Assembly (NCBI GenBank): GCA_963790345.1
Contig: CAWBOD010000012.1
Location: 148,188-212,187, forward strand
DNA: 64,000 nucleotides
Reading direction: 5' to 3'
Source: an uncultured Acidimicrobiia bacterium
GTDB taxonomy: Bacteria; Actinomycetota; Acidimicrobiia; Spongiisociales; ZC4RG35
The position numbers and the translations under genes were made by a program. The notes under the pieces were generated by a model that saw only the letters and a list, made by a program, of their open reading frames with translations, made no database searches and was not told the origin of the DNA. Within the stretch, counting starts at the first letter, position 1; every line of letters begins with the position of its first letter. This document shows, piece by piece, positions 56,902-64,000 of the stretch.

Positions 56902-57812
56902 GCGCCCTCCTGATTTCGTCTGTCTCCGAGGTAGCGAAATGCGATCAACGTGAGCAGGAGGATCACTACCAGGAGCCCGACCGACGCGGCGAAAGCCAAA
57001 CCTGTGTCCTGGAAGGCAAACATGCGGCGAAAGATAAACCACACGACCGTGGCTGTCCCGAGAGCCGGACCGCCCTGGGTCAGCGCCTGCACCGAGTCGA
57101 AGAGCTGGAAGTTGAAGATCACGGCGATGACGATGGCGAAGAGCAGCAATGGCCTCAGGGTCGGCAACGTGATCCTTCGGAACCGGCGGAAGCGACGAGC
57201 CCCGTCCATCCGGGCCGCATCGAGCAACTCGCCGGGTACGGCCTGCATCCCGGCCAGGAAGAAGAGGACCCAGAACCCGAGACCCCGCCAGACCTCAACT
57301 CCGACAATGGTGAGGAGAGCGTTGGGGTTGCGACCGAGGAAGTTGATGCCCTCACCGCGGAGGACGGTGCGCTGGATCAGATTGAAAATGCCGAAGTCGA
57401 AGTGAACCAGGAAGAACCAGATCATCGCTGCCAGCACCGGGGGCGCCAGCAAAGGGAAGTAGAGAGCGAGCTTGAAGAAGTTGCCGCCCGCCCGATATCG
57501 GTTCAGCAAAGCGGCCAGACTCATCGCCAGGACGAATACGATCCCGATCGCGATCACGACGTAGATCGACGTGTTGATCACCGCCCGCTTGAGCTCGGTG
57601 TCGGTGAACATCCGACTCCAGTTTCCGAGCCCGACGAAGCGCCGGTCGTCGACGATCCCGCCGGTGTTGAAGCTCAGCCATATTGCCCACCCGGTAGGGA
57701 TGGCGAGGAAGACGAACCACAGGATCATGTACGGGGCCAGAAATCCGATCGCCCGGGATTTGACCCGCGCCCGGTATCGACGGGCAGCGTTGCGATACTG
57801 CTCCGGGCTCAA
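56898..57812 (-). CDS. Carbohydrate ABC transporter permease (MalF/UgpA-like)
   Basis: Intact 304 aa with EAA loop DAARMDGARRFRRFRRITLP and six hydrophobic segments. Confidence 0.8.
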   Translation of the reverse strand: MSPEQYRNAARRYRARVKSRAIGFLAPYMILWFVFLAIPTGWAIWLSFNTGGIVDDRRFVGLGNWSRMFTDTELKRAVINTSIYVVIAIGIVFVLAMSLAALLNRYRAGGNFFKLALYFPLLAPPVLAAMIWFFLVHFDFGIFNLIQRTVLRGEGINFLGRNPNALLTIVGVEVWRGLGFWVLFFLAGMQAVPGELLDAARMDGARRFRRFRRITLPTLRPLLLFAIVIAVIFNFQLFDSVQALTQGGPALGTATVVWFIFRRMFAFQDTGLAFAASVGLLVVILLLTLIAFRYLGDRRNQEGA

Positions 57813-57988
57813 TGTGAGATCCGACCACTCCGACCCGTTGTCAGTGCGATCTCGCTACTGATCGCAGGACCGAGGGACGCCGTCACGTACCGTCCTCCAT
57901 TTTCGTCACGATCGCTTCGAGCGCTTCACTGAGTTGCCCGGTGGCCGTCATGGGCGATTCCCACGAGGCCACCGGGCCAACTCCATGG

Positions 57989-58014
57989 CATGGCTGGGTG
58001 CTACCCGAGCCATG
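57989..58014 (-). terminator. Intercistronic stem-loop after the sugar SBP gene
   Basis: catggctgggt (57989-57999) pairs with acccgagccatg (58003-58014), giving 11 bp with one bulge and a 3-nt loop. It starts 11 nt downstream of the SBP stop, inside a 212-nt SBP-permease spacer. Confidence 0.4.
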
Positions 58015-58024
58015 ACCGATCTTC

Positions 58025-59344
58025 CTACTGCCCGAGGACCTCCGTCGCCCGTGCCTGGGCGTCGGCCAGGGCTTCGGCGACCGGCGTGTTGCAGGTCGTC
58101 GCCGCCTCCAGGGCCTTGGCGTATTCGTCGAGGATCTGAGAGATCTTCGGGTGGGTGACGAGGCCGTCCCAGGTCGTCATCGCCCATTCGAAGTTCTTGG
58201 CCAGCATCTCATTTCCACCGGTGACGTCGACGTCGTCACGAGCCGGGACAAACCCGAACCGCTCGTTGAAGACGGTCATGAACTCCTGGCCGCTGAGGTA
58301 CTTGACCAGTTCCCAGGCGGCGTCCTTGTTGTCGCTCTTGGCTCCGATCGACCAGTGCCCGGTGGTGGAGAACTGCGTTTGGGTTCCGTCGGGGGCGCCC
58401 ACCGGCTGGGCGATGTCCCACTCGAAGGGAAGGCCCTCCTCCTGGAATACCTCGACTCGAAGCGGCTCGTCCAGCAGGAATGCCAGCTTGCCCGCCTTGA
58501 AGAGCTCGATCCCACCTTCACGGTCGTACTGCCCGAGCGGTGGTTGCACCTTCTCATTGCAGATCAGGTCGACCGCGTACTGCGTTGCCTGCTGAACCGG
58601 CTCGGAGTCGATGGTGGTGGCGCTGAAGTCATCGGAGATGATGTCGCCGCCAAAGTTGTGGATGTTCTGCAGGTTGAAGTACCAGCCGAAGTCTCCCACC
58701 GTCGTCGGCGTGTAAAAGCCCCACACGTCTTCGGTCTGAACCGCTTTGGCAGCTGCAATCAGCTCGTCCGTCGTCGTCGGGATCTCGGTGATGCCAGCCG
58801 CATTCAACAGGTCGAGGTTCACGAACATGACGATGGTCCCGATGATGACCGGCACTCCGTAGAGAGCATCCTTGTAGACGCTGGCGTTCACGATGCTGTC
58901 GGGCACCCGGGCCCGGTCCTCCCAGTCGGCGAACCGGGTGGTGACGTCCTCAAACGCCCCGCGGTCGCCAAAGAGCGTGAGATGGGTGCTCACCTGGTAC
59001 ATGACGTCGAAGACGTCGTCTCCGGCGAAGTTGGCCGAGTAGATCGCTTCCAACTGGTCCCATGGGACGATGGTGTGCTCGACCGTGATTCCGGTTTCCT
59101 CTTCGAACGGAGCTAGCCATTCGGCCATGAGCTCCGCTTCATCCTCGCCGTGGGGGGCTTTGGCGAACTGAAGAGTCACCCCCTCATATGGACGTTCTCC
59201 GGCGGCTGTGGTTCCACCGGCTTCGGCAGTTGTCGAGGTGCTGTCCGCGCCACCGCAGGCAGCAGCGATCAACGCCAACGTGACCAGAATCACTGGCCAA
59301 CGCGCGCCCTTCGACAAAGGGCGTCTCGTATTCAGCTGATGCAT
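58025..59344 (-). CDS. Carbohydrate ABC transporter substrate-binding lipoprotein (family 1)
   Basis: ATG at 59344 lies 6 nt after GGGAGA. Lipobox LIAAACGG is followed by a Thr/Ala linker. The body is intact. The ORF-track start at 59380 is less likely. Confidence 0.8.
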   Translation of the reverse strand: MHQLNTRRPLSKGARWPVILVTLALIAAACGGADSTSTTAEAGGTTAAGERPYEGVTLQFAKAPHGEDEAELMAEWLAPFEEETGITVEHTIVPWDQLEAIYSANFAGDDVFDVMYQVSTHLTLFGDRGAFEDVTTRFADWEDRARVPDSIVNASVYKDALYGVPVIIGTIVMFVNLDLLNAAGITEIPTTTDELIAAAKAVQTEDVWGFYTPTTVGDFGWYFNLQNIHNFGGDIISDDFSATTIDSEPVQQATQYAVDLICNEKVQPPLGQYDREGGIELFKAGKLAFLLDEPLRVEVFQEEGLPFEWDIAQPVGAPDGTQTQFSTTGHWSIGAKSDNKDAAWELVKYLSGQEFMTVFNERFGFVPARDDVDVTGGNEMLAKNFEWAMTTWDGLVTHPKISQILDEYAKALEAATTCNTPVAEALADAQARATEVLGQ

Positions 59345-59389
59345 GATCGTCTCCCTATTCTTGTCCGCGTGCCCAGACACGGTCGGGCG

Positions 59390-59395
59390 ATTATA
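59390..59395 (-). promoter_or_regulatory. Putative -10 element (minus strand TATAAT) for the sugar ABC operon
   Basis: gcgattatataaaac gives TTTTATATAATCGC on the minus strand, 46 nt upstream of ATG 59344. Confidence 0.4.
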
Positions 59396-59422
59396 TAAAA
59401 CAAGGTAGCGGATGCAAGGAGC

Positions 59423-60305
59423 GTGAGGGAGGGTGGACGAGGTGAAGTTTGCCCCAGTGACCTCGGGTCGCCAACCTCGGAAATTGGCTCGGAAATTGCC
59501 CCGGAACTACCCCCGGTACTCGCCCCCGGCCTGGATCGCAGCCTTTACGACCTTCTCAGATTGGACGGACGCACCGCGGTCGTGACCGGAGGGGCCCGTG
59601 GGATCGGGGGTGCCATCGCCGGCCGACTGGTCGAAGCCGGCGCTGCGGTGGTCGTCGGCGACCTCGACATCTCCGAGCTGAGCGGGACGCAGCAACGCCA
59701 CCCACATGGAGGTCGACCTGCTCGCGCCCGACGGCCCGGATCGTCTCGTCCAGCGGACTCTCGAAATTCATGGCCGTCTCGATGTTTGGGTCAACAACGC
59801 CGGCATCTACCCGACCTCCCACGTGCTCGACATGACCGACCAGGAATGGAACCGGGTGATCGAACTCAACCTCACGGCCGCGTTCCGGGGAGCCCGGGCC
59901 GCCGCCCGGGCGATGACTCGACACGGCTCGGGAGTGATCGTGAACGTCGCTTCAAATGCGGGAATGGCCTCAGGACCAGCCACAGCCCACTACGTCGCCT
60001 CGAAACATGGCATTGTCGGGCTCACGAAGAGCCTGGCGATCGACCTGGCTCCTCACGGAATTCGGGCGGTCGGAATCGCGCCGGGAGTCACGATGACCGA
60101 AGGCCTGTCGGCCGCGATGGCTCACCTCGCCGATCACGGTTGGGGGGATATGGAGTCCTACGCCGCCCGAACGGTGCCCCTCGGGCGCATGGCGCATCCA
60201 GATGAGATCGCGCGTGTCGTCGTGTTCGTCAGCAGCGATCTTGCCCAATACATCACCGGCACCACGATCCTCGTCGACGGGGGCCAGGTGGTGTCATTCA
60301 CATGA
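59423..60305 (+). pseudogene. SDR-family oxidoreductase, frame disrupted around 59670-59700; start uncertain (59423-59561)
   Basis: TAVVTGGARGIGGAIA is in ORF 59423..60205. The sequence continues ATHMEVDLLAPDG...NNAG...YVASKHG...ILVDGG in ORF 59706..60305. A TTG at 59561 (MDGRTAVVTGG) would give a canonical SDR N-terminus. Confidence 0.75.
59476..59535 (+). repeat. Five tandem 12-nt units, progressively degenerate
   Basis: The units are ctcggaaattgg / ctcggaaattgc / cccggaactacc / cccggtactcgc / ccccggcctgga. Units 1 and 2 match at 11 of 12 positions. In frame with ORF 59423 they read SEIG-SEIA-PELP-PVLA-PGLD. Confidence 0.6.
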
Positions 60306-60380
60306 CGTCGATGGCTGCGAGGCTGGGACGGTCCGAGTCCGGGTGGCCCGGATCGGGGAGCCGTCCATACATCAATAGTT

Positions 60381-60386
60381 TATAAT
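60381..60386 (+). promoter_or_regulatory. Putative -10 element (consensus TATAAT) for the hyuA-2/hyuB-2 operon
   Basis: atagtTTATAATctct lies 39 nt upstream of ATG 60426, with AAGGCGG as the SD. Confidence 0.45.
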
Positions 60387-60425
60387 CTCTTCTCGAACTC
60401 AAGGCGATCCCAAGGCGGTAATGAG

Positions 60426-62471
60426 ATGGCGGCAAAGCGGATCGGTATCGACACCGGCGGCACTTTTACCGATCTGATCCTGTTCGACGTCGCCCAGGGC
60501 ACGATCTCCTCCCTCAAGGTCTCGTCGACCCCCAGCGAGCCGCTCCGAGCCTTCATCAGCGCGATTCGCGAATCCGACACCGAGCCCAACGACATCGCCT
60601 TTCTGGTCCACGGGACGACCGTGGCAACCAACGCCCTGATCGAGCGCAAGGGCGCCAAAGTCGGATTTGTCTGCACCTCCGGACATGAGGACATCCCTTA
60701 CATCCAGAGAGTCAACCGGCAATATCTCTACGACCTGTCGTGGGACAAGCCTCGACCCCTCCTCCGCAGCAGACAGCATTGTTTCGGGGTCAAGGAGAGG
60801 ATCGACGCCCGCGGAGAGGTCGTCATGGCCCTCGAGGACGGCGTGGTGGAGGAGCTGTGCGACGAGCTCGAGAAAGGCCAGTTCGAGGCCCTCGCGGTCT
60901 GCCTGCTGTTTTCGTACCTCAACACCGAGCACGAACAGAAGCTCGCCGAAGCGCTGCGTGCCCGGTTTCCCGACACTCCGCTGTCGGTGTCCCACGAAGT
61001 GGCCCCGATCTGGCGCGAGTATGAGCGTTCGAGCACGACCATCGCCGACGCCTTTATCAAGCCCTTGATGCAGCGGTACGTGAGCAGTCTCGAAGCGGGA
61101 CTCAACGATGCCGGCATCGACCTCAAGTGGGCCATGATGAAGTCCAACGGCGGCCTGATGAACGCCAATGCGGCGGCCGACCATCCGATCCATCTCGCCA
61201 TGTCGGGACCGGCCGGCGGGGCAGTGGCCTCGCAGCACATCGCCGACCTTCTCGACCTCAAGGACGTCGTGACGATTGACGTCGGAGGAACGAGTGCCGA
61301 CGTCGGTCTCATCCTCGACTCCATGCTCGGCTATACGACCGAGTATGAGATCGAATGGGGCATTCCGGCCGCGATCCCCCTCATCGACATCCACACCGTG
61401 GGGGCAGGAGGCGGTTCGATCGCATGGGTGAACAACGGCGGATTTCTCCAGGTCGGTCCGCATAGCGCCGGGGCCGACCCCGGCCCCATCTGTTACGGGC
61501 GCGGGGGTGAGAATCTCACCCTCACCGATGCCAACCTCGTTCTCGGGAGGCTCGATCCGAACTACTTCCTGGGCGGCAAGATGGACCTGAATACCGATCT
61601 GGCAGTTGCCGCCATGGCCTCGATGAGCGAGTCGCTGGGAATGTCCCAACTTGACCTCGCCCACTCGATCGTCGAGATCGCCAATGAGAACATGGCGAAC
61701 GCGATCAGGATGGTCAGCATCGAGCGAGGCCACGATCCGAGACACTTCGCGCTAGTGGCCTTCGGCGGGGCGGGGCCGCTCCATGGAGCGGCGATCGCCC
61801 GAAAGCTCGGCATCCCCAAGCTCGTGATCCCACCTTTCCCGGGGAGCTTTTCGGCGCTCGGCCTGTTGCTCGGCGACCTCCGGGTGGACAAGGTCTGGAC
61901 CCAGAGCTACCGATCCGACCGGGTCACTGCAGAGAGGGTTGTCGCCCAGTTCGACACGATCACCCAGGCCGCGGTGAGCGAGCTTCGATCGCAGGGCTTC
62001 GACGGAGAACCCCTCCTTCGCTACGCGATCAACATGCGCTATTTGGGACAGAACTATGAGACAGAGGTCGAGGTTCCGCCACTGGGTGAGCTGGAGCAGT
62101 CTTCCGCCCAGGAGCAGCTCGAGACCGCTTACCGGGCCTTCAACGACCGGCATGAGTCGATGTACGACTATGTGATCAAGGACGCCGTCATCGAGATGAT
62201 CAGTTTCCGAGTCACGGCCATCGGGTCGATACCTCACCCCGACCTGGCCACGGTCACCGTTGACGAACCCGATCGCGGGCGCTTTCGCAGCGTCTACTAC
62301 AGTGAACACGGACCCGTTTCAACAGAGCTCATTCGCCGCTCGGCGATGCCGATCGACGAGTTGATCCAAGGTCCAGTGATCATCGAGGAACCCGGGTCCA
62401 CAACTCTCGTCGAACCGGGCATGACCGTCCGCCGTACCGATAACGACATTCTCCTGGTGGAGGTGAACTGA
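60426..62471 (+). CDS. hyuA: Hydantoinase A / oxoprolinase family protein (HyuA-type), copy 2, intact (681 aa)
   Basis: IGIDTGGTFTDL, HGTTVATNALIE, IDVGGTSADV, VGAGGGSIAW and FGGAGPLH are HyuA/ASKHA-fold motifs. Confidence 0.85.
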   Translation: MAAKRIGIDTGGTFTDLILFDVAQGTISSLKVSSTPSEPLRAFISAIRESDTEPNDIAFLVHGTTVATNALIERKGAKVGFVCTSGHEDIPYIQRVNRQYLYDLSWDKPRPLLRSRQHCFGVKERIDARGEVVMALEDGVVEELCDELEKGQFEALAVCLLFSYLNTEHEQKLAEALRARFPDTPLSVSHEVAPIWREYERSSTTIADAFIKPLMQRYVSSLEAGLNDAGIDLKWAMMKSNGGLMNANAAADHPIHLAMSGPAGGAVASQHIADLLDLKDVVTIDVGGTSADVGLILDSMLGYTTEYEIEWGIPAAIPLIDIHTVGAGGGSIAWVNNGGFLQVGPHSAGADPGPICYGRGGENLTLTDANLVLGRLDPNYFLGGKMDLNTDLAVAAMASMSESLGMSQLDLAHSIVEIANENMANAIRMVSIERGHDPRHFALVAFGGAGPLHGAAIARKLGIPKLVIPPFPGSFSALGLLLGDLRVDKVWTQSYRSDRVTAERVVAQFDTITQAAVSELRSQGFDGEPLLRYAINMRYLGQNYETEVEVPPLGELEQSSAQEQLETAYRAFNDRHESMYDYVIKDAVIEMISFRVTAIGSIPHPDLATVTVDEPDRGRFRSVYYSEHGPVSTELIRRSAMPIDELIQGPVIIEEPGSTTLVEPGMTVRRTDNDILLVEVN

Positions 62472-64000
62472 TGGCCATGTCAACGAGTAACGCGACCGCC
62501 GACCTCAAGATCGACCAGGTCACGCTCACGGTGATCGACAACTACCTGTCGACGACTTGCCGTGAGATGGGTGTCGCCATGATGCGGACCGCCTACTCCC
62601 CCATGTTCAACGAGTCCCTCGACTTCTCGTGTGTCCTCTTCAACCGGGACGGCAAGATGATCGCCCAAGCCGAGTTCTGCCCCTCCCAGATCGGCACGAT
62701 CAAGTTCACGGTGGAATGGATGATCGACGAGCTCGGCACGGACGTCTACAAGCCCGGCGACGTCATCATCATGAACGATCCCTATCGGGGCAGCGGCCAC
62801 ATCCCCGAGCACACGCTGCTCAGGGCCGTTTTCCACGAGGGTGAGATTGTCGCCTTCGTCGCCAACTGTGCTCACCTGGCCGAGCCTGGAGCCAAGGCCC
62901 CCGGGGGATTGGCCGGCGACGCCACCGACATCTTCCAGGAGGGCTTGCGACTCCCGCCCCTGTGGCTGCAGCGCGAAGGGAAGGACGTCGAAGACGTCTG
63001 GAAGATCATCTTCGCCAACCATCGCACTCCCAAGGTCTCCTACGGCGACCTGATGGCCATGGTCGGCTCGCTCAACGTGGCGGAAAGGCGGATCACCAGC
63101 CTCATCGACACCTACGGCCTGGACACGTTCTATTCGGCGACCGATGACCTCATACGAATTGCCGAACGCCGCATGGAGGAAGAAATCCGCCAGATCCCCG
63201 ACGGGGAGTACTACTTCGAAGACGTCATCGAGGACGACGGTGTGGCCGAGGGTTCCTACACGATCCGGTGCATGGTGGTCGTGGACGGCGATCACCTGAC
63301 CTGCGATTTCACCGGATCCTCGGAGCAGGCCAAAGGACCGATGAACGCCACTTACGCGGTGACCGCTTCCGCGGTCTACAACGCCATCCTGCATATCACC
63401 GATCCCACGATCCCCCGCAACGAGGGGTGTTACCGACCCATCAACATCATCGCCCCGCCGGGCACGATCGTAAATTGCGAGTTTCCCGCCGCCCTCGTGG
63501 GAGGCAACACCGAAGTCAGCCCACGCATAACCGACATCATTTTCGGAGCTCTGGCCGACGCCCTCCCCGACCGCATCCCGGCCTCTCTGGGGGGGACGTC
63601 TTGCTGCTTCTTGTTCGGAGGCAAGCATCCCGAAACCGGGGATCTGTACTCCCATTTCCATTTCGAGGGGGTCGGCTGGGGCGGTCGACCCACCAAGGAC
63701 GGAAACAGCCAGATCATCGTGATCAATGGCAACTGCCGCAACACACCGGTCGAGGTGTTCGAGAGCAGATATCCCATGCGGGTCGAGTCCTACCGGCTGC
63801 TCGAGGACTCCGGAGGCCCCGGCAAGAACCGTGGCGGGCTGGGCATGGAGCGGATCTTCACCATGGAGGTCGACGAGATAACCGTCAGCGCCATCTTCAA
63901 CCGGATGCTCGTCGACCCCTTCGGGATTCACGGCGGCAAGCCCGGAAAGAACAGCGGGATCTACGTCAGCGCGTCGGCGACGAAGACTGGAAGACTTTCA
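62471..64000 (+). CDS. hyuB: Hydantoinase B / oxoprolinase family protein (HyuB-type), copy 2; the 3' end is beyond the window
   Basis: ATG at 62471 overlaps the hyuA-2 TGA by 1 nt. The protein reads MAMSTSNATADLKIDQVTLTVIDNYLSTTCREMGVAMMRTAYSPMFNESLDFSCVLF...DPYRGSGHIPEH...RNEGCYRPI...SGGPGKNRGG. It is not in the ORF track because it has no stop in the window. ORF 62480..63931(-) is its antisense shadow. Confidence 0.85.
   Translation, partial: MAMSTSNATADLKIDQVTLTVIDNYLSTTCREMGVAMMRTAYSPMFNESLDFSCVLFNRDGKMIAQAEFCPSQIGTIKFTVEWMIDELGTDVYKPGDVIIMNDPYRGSGHIPEHTLLRAVFHEGEIVAFVANCAHLAEPGAKAPGGLAGDATDIFQEGLRLPPLWLQREGKDVEDVWKIIFANHRTPKVSYGDLMAMVGSLNVAERRITSLIDTYGLDTFYSATDDLIRIAERRMEEEIRQIPDGEYYFEDVIEDDGVAEGSYTIRCMVVVDGDHLTCDFTGSSEQAKGPMNATYAVTASAVYNAILHITDPTIPRNEGCYRPINIIAPPGTIVNCEFPAALVGGNTEVSPRITDIIFGALADALPDRIPASLGGTSCCFLFGGKHPETGDLYSHFHFEGVGWGGRPTKDGNSQIIVINGNCRNTPVEVFESRYPMRVESYRLLEDSGGPGKNRGGLGMERIFTMEVDEITVSAIFNRMLVDPFGIHGGKPGKNSGIYVSASATKTGRLS

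Noticed and set aside
57883-57951. A 22-codon ORF (MTATGQLSEALEAIVTKMEDGT) in the 212-nt SBP-permease spacer.
   Set aside because: It has no convincing SD and no hydrophobic or otherwise distinctive character. The spacer is better explained by the hairpin and the permease leader.
63955-64000. A possible additional frameshift at the very end of hyuB-2 (GIYVSASATKTGRLS versus the alternative frame GDEDWKTF).
   Set aside because: The alternative frame looks slightly more protein-like. However, only about 15 codons remain before the window edge, which is too little sequence to decide.

Overview
High-GC (roughly 60-65% by eye) bacterial chromosomal segment. The gene content looks actinobacterial: ROK and GntR regulators, many GTG/TTG starts, and operons coupled by ATGA/GTGA overlaps. 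That taxonomic call is inference only. I found no rRNA, tRNA, CRISPR array, transposase, integrase or recognisable defence gene. The window is almost entirely catabolic and uptake genes, in four blocks. (1) 0.8-4.6 kb holds a GT4 glycosyltransferase, an unknown protein and a GH130 glycoside hydrolase/phosphorylase. (2) 4.7-20.5 kb is a sugar or amino-sugar island. It has a long minus-strand operon (CUT2 sugar ABC transporter, Gfo/Idh/MocA dehydrogenase, TIM-barrel sugar isomerase, FAD oxidoreductase, phosphotriesterase-type lactonase). It also has ferredoxin, a second Gfo/Idh/MocA, a NagB-like deaminase, a ROK repressor, a SIS protein, a HutC-type GntR, a ROK kinase and DeoC. (3) 22-28 kb carries a TPP-dependent E1 alpha/beta pair with a free-standing 79-aa lipoyl-domain protein and no E2 core or E3. 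These sit with two SDRs, an RraA-like aldolase, an epimerase/dehydratase and a Zn-ADH. (4) 28-64 kb is an amide or amino-acid-derivative island. It contains two paralogues of the N,N-dimethylformamidase large subunit with no small subunit, and two hydantoinase/oxoprolinase A/B pairs. It also contains peptide and sugar ABC transporters, two RidA genes, DapA-like, cyclase, FAH, CocE/NonD, amidohydrolase-2, LLM oxidoreductase and D-serine-dehydratase-like genes. The most striking sequence-level property is about 45 single-nucleotide frame disruptions plus one in-frame TAA, inferred by following conserved protein sequence from one frame into another. They are strongly clustered: 5 in the 1-kb LLM gene, about 9 in hyuA-1, 5 in the D-Ser-dehydratase-like gene and 5 in the second DMFase paralogue. 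Adjacent 2-kb genes are intact. I cannot tell from sequence alone whether this is assembly or sequencing error or real gene decay. Non-coding signals include TATAAT-like AT-rich islands about 20-110 nt upstream of operon starts, with an identical 13-mer upstream of both DMFase paralogues. There are also stable hairpins directly after all three solute-binding-protein genes, a strong bidirectional terminator, a four-copy nested inverted-repeat array at 46.76-46.87 kb, and candidate ROK and HutC operators.
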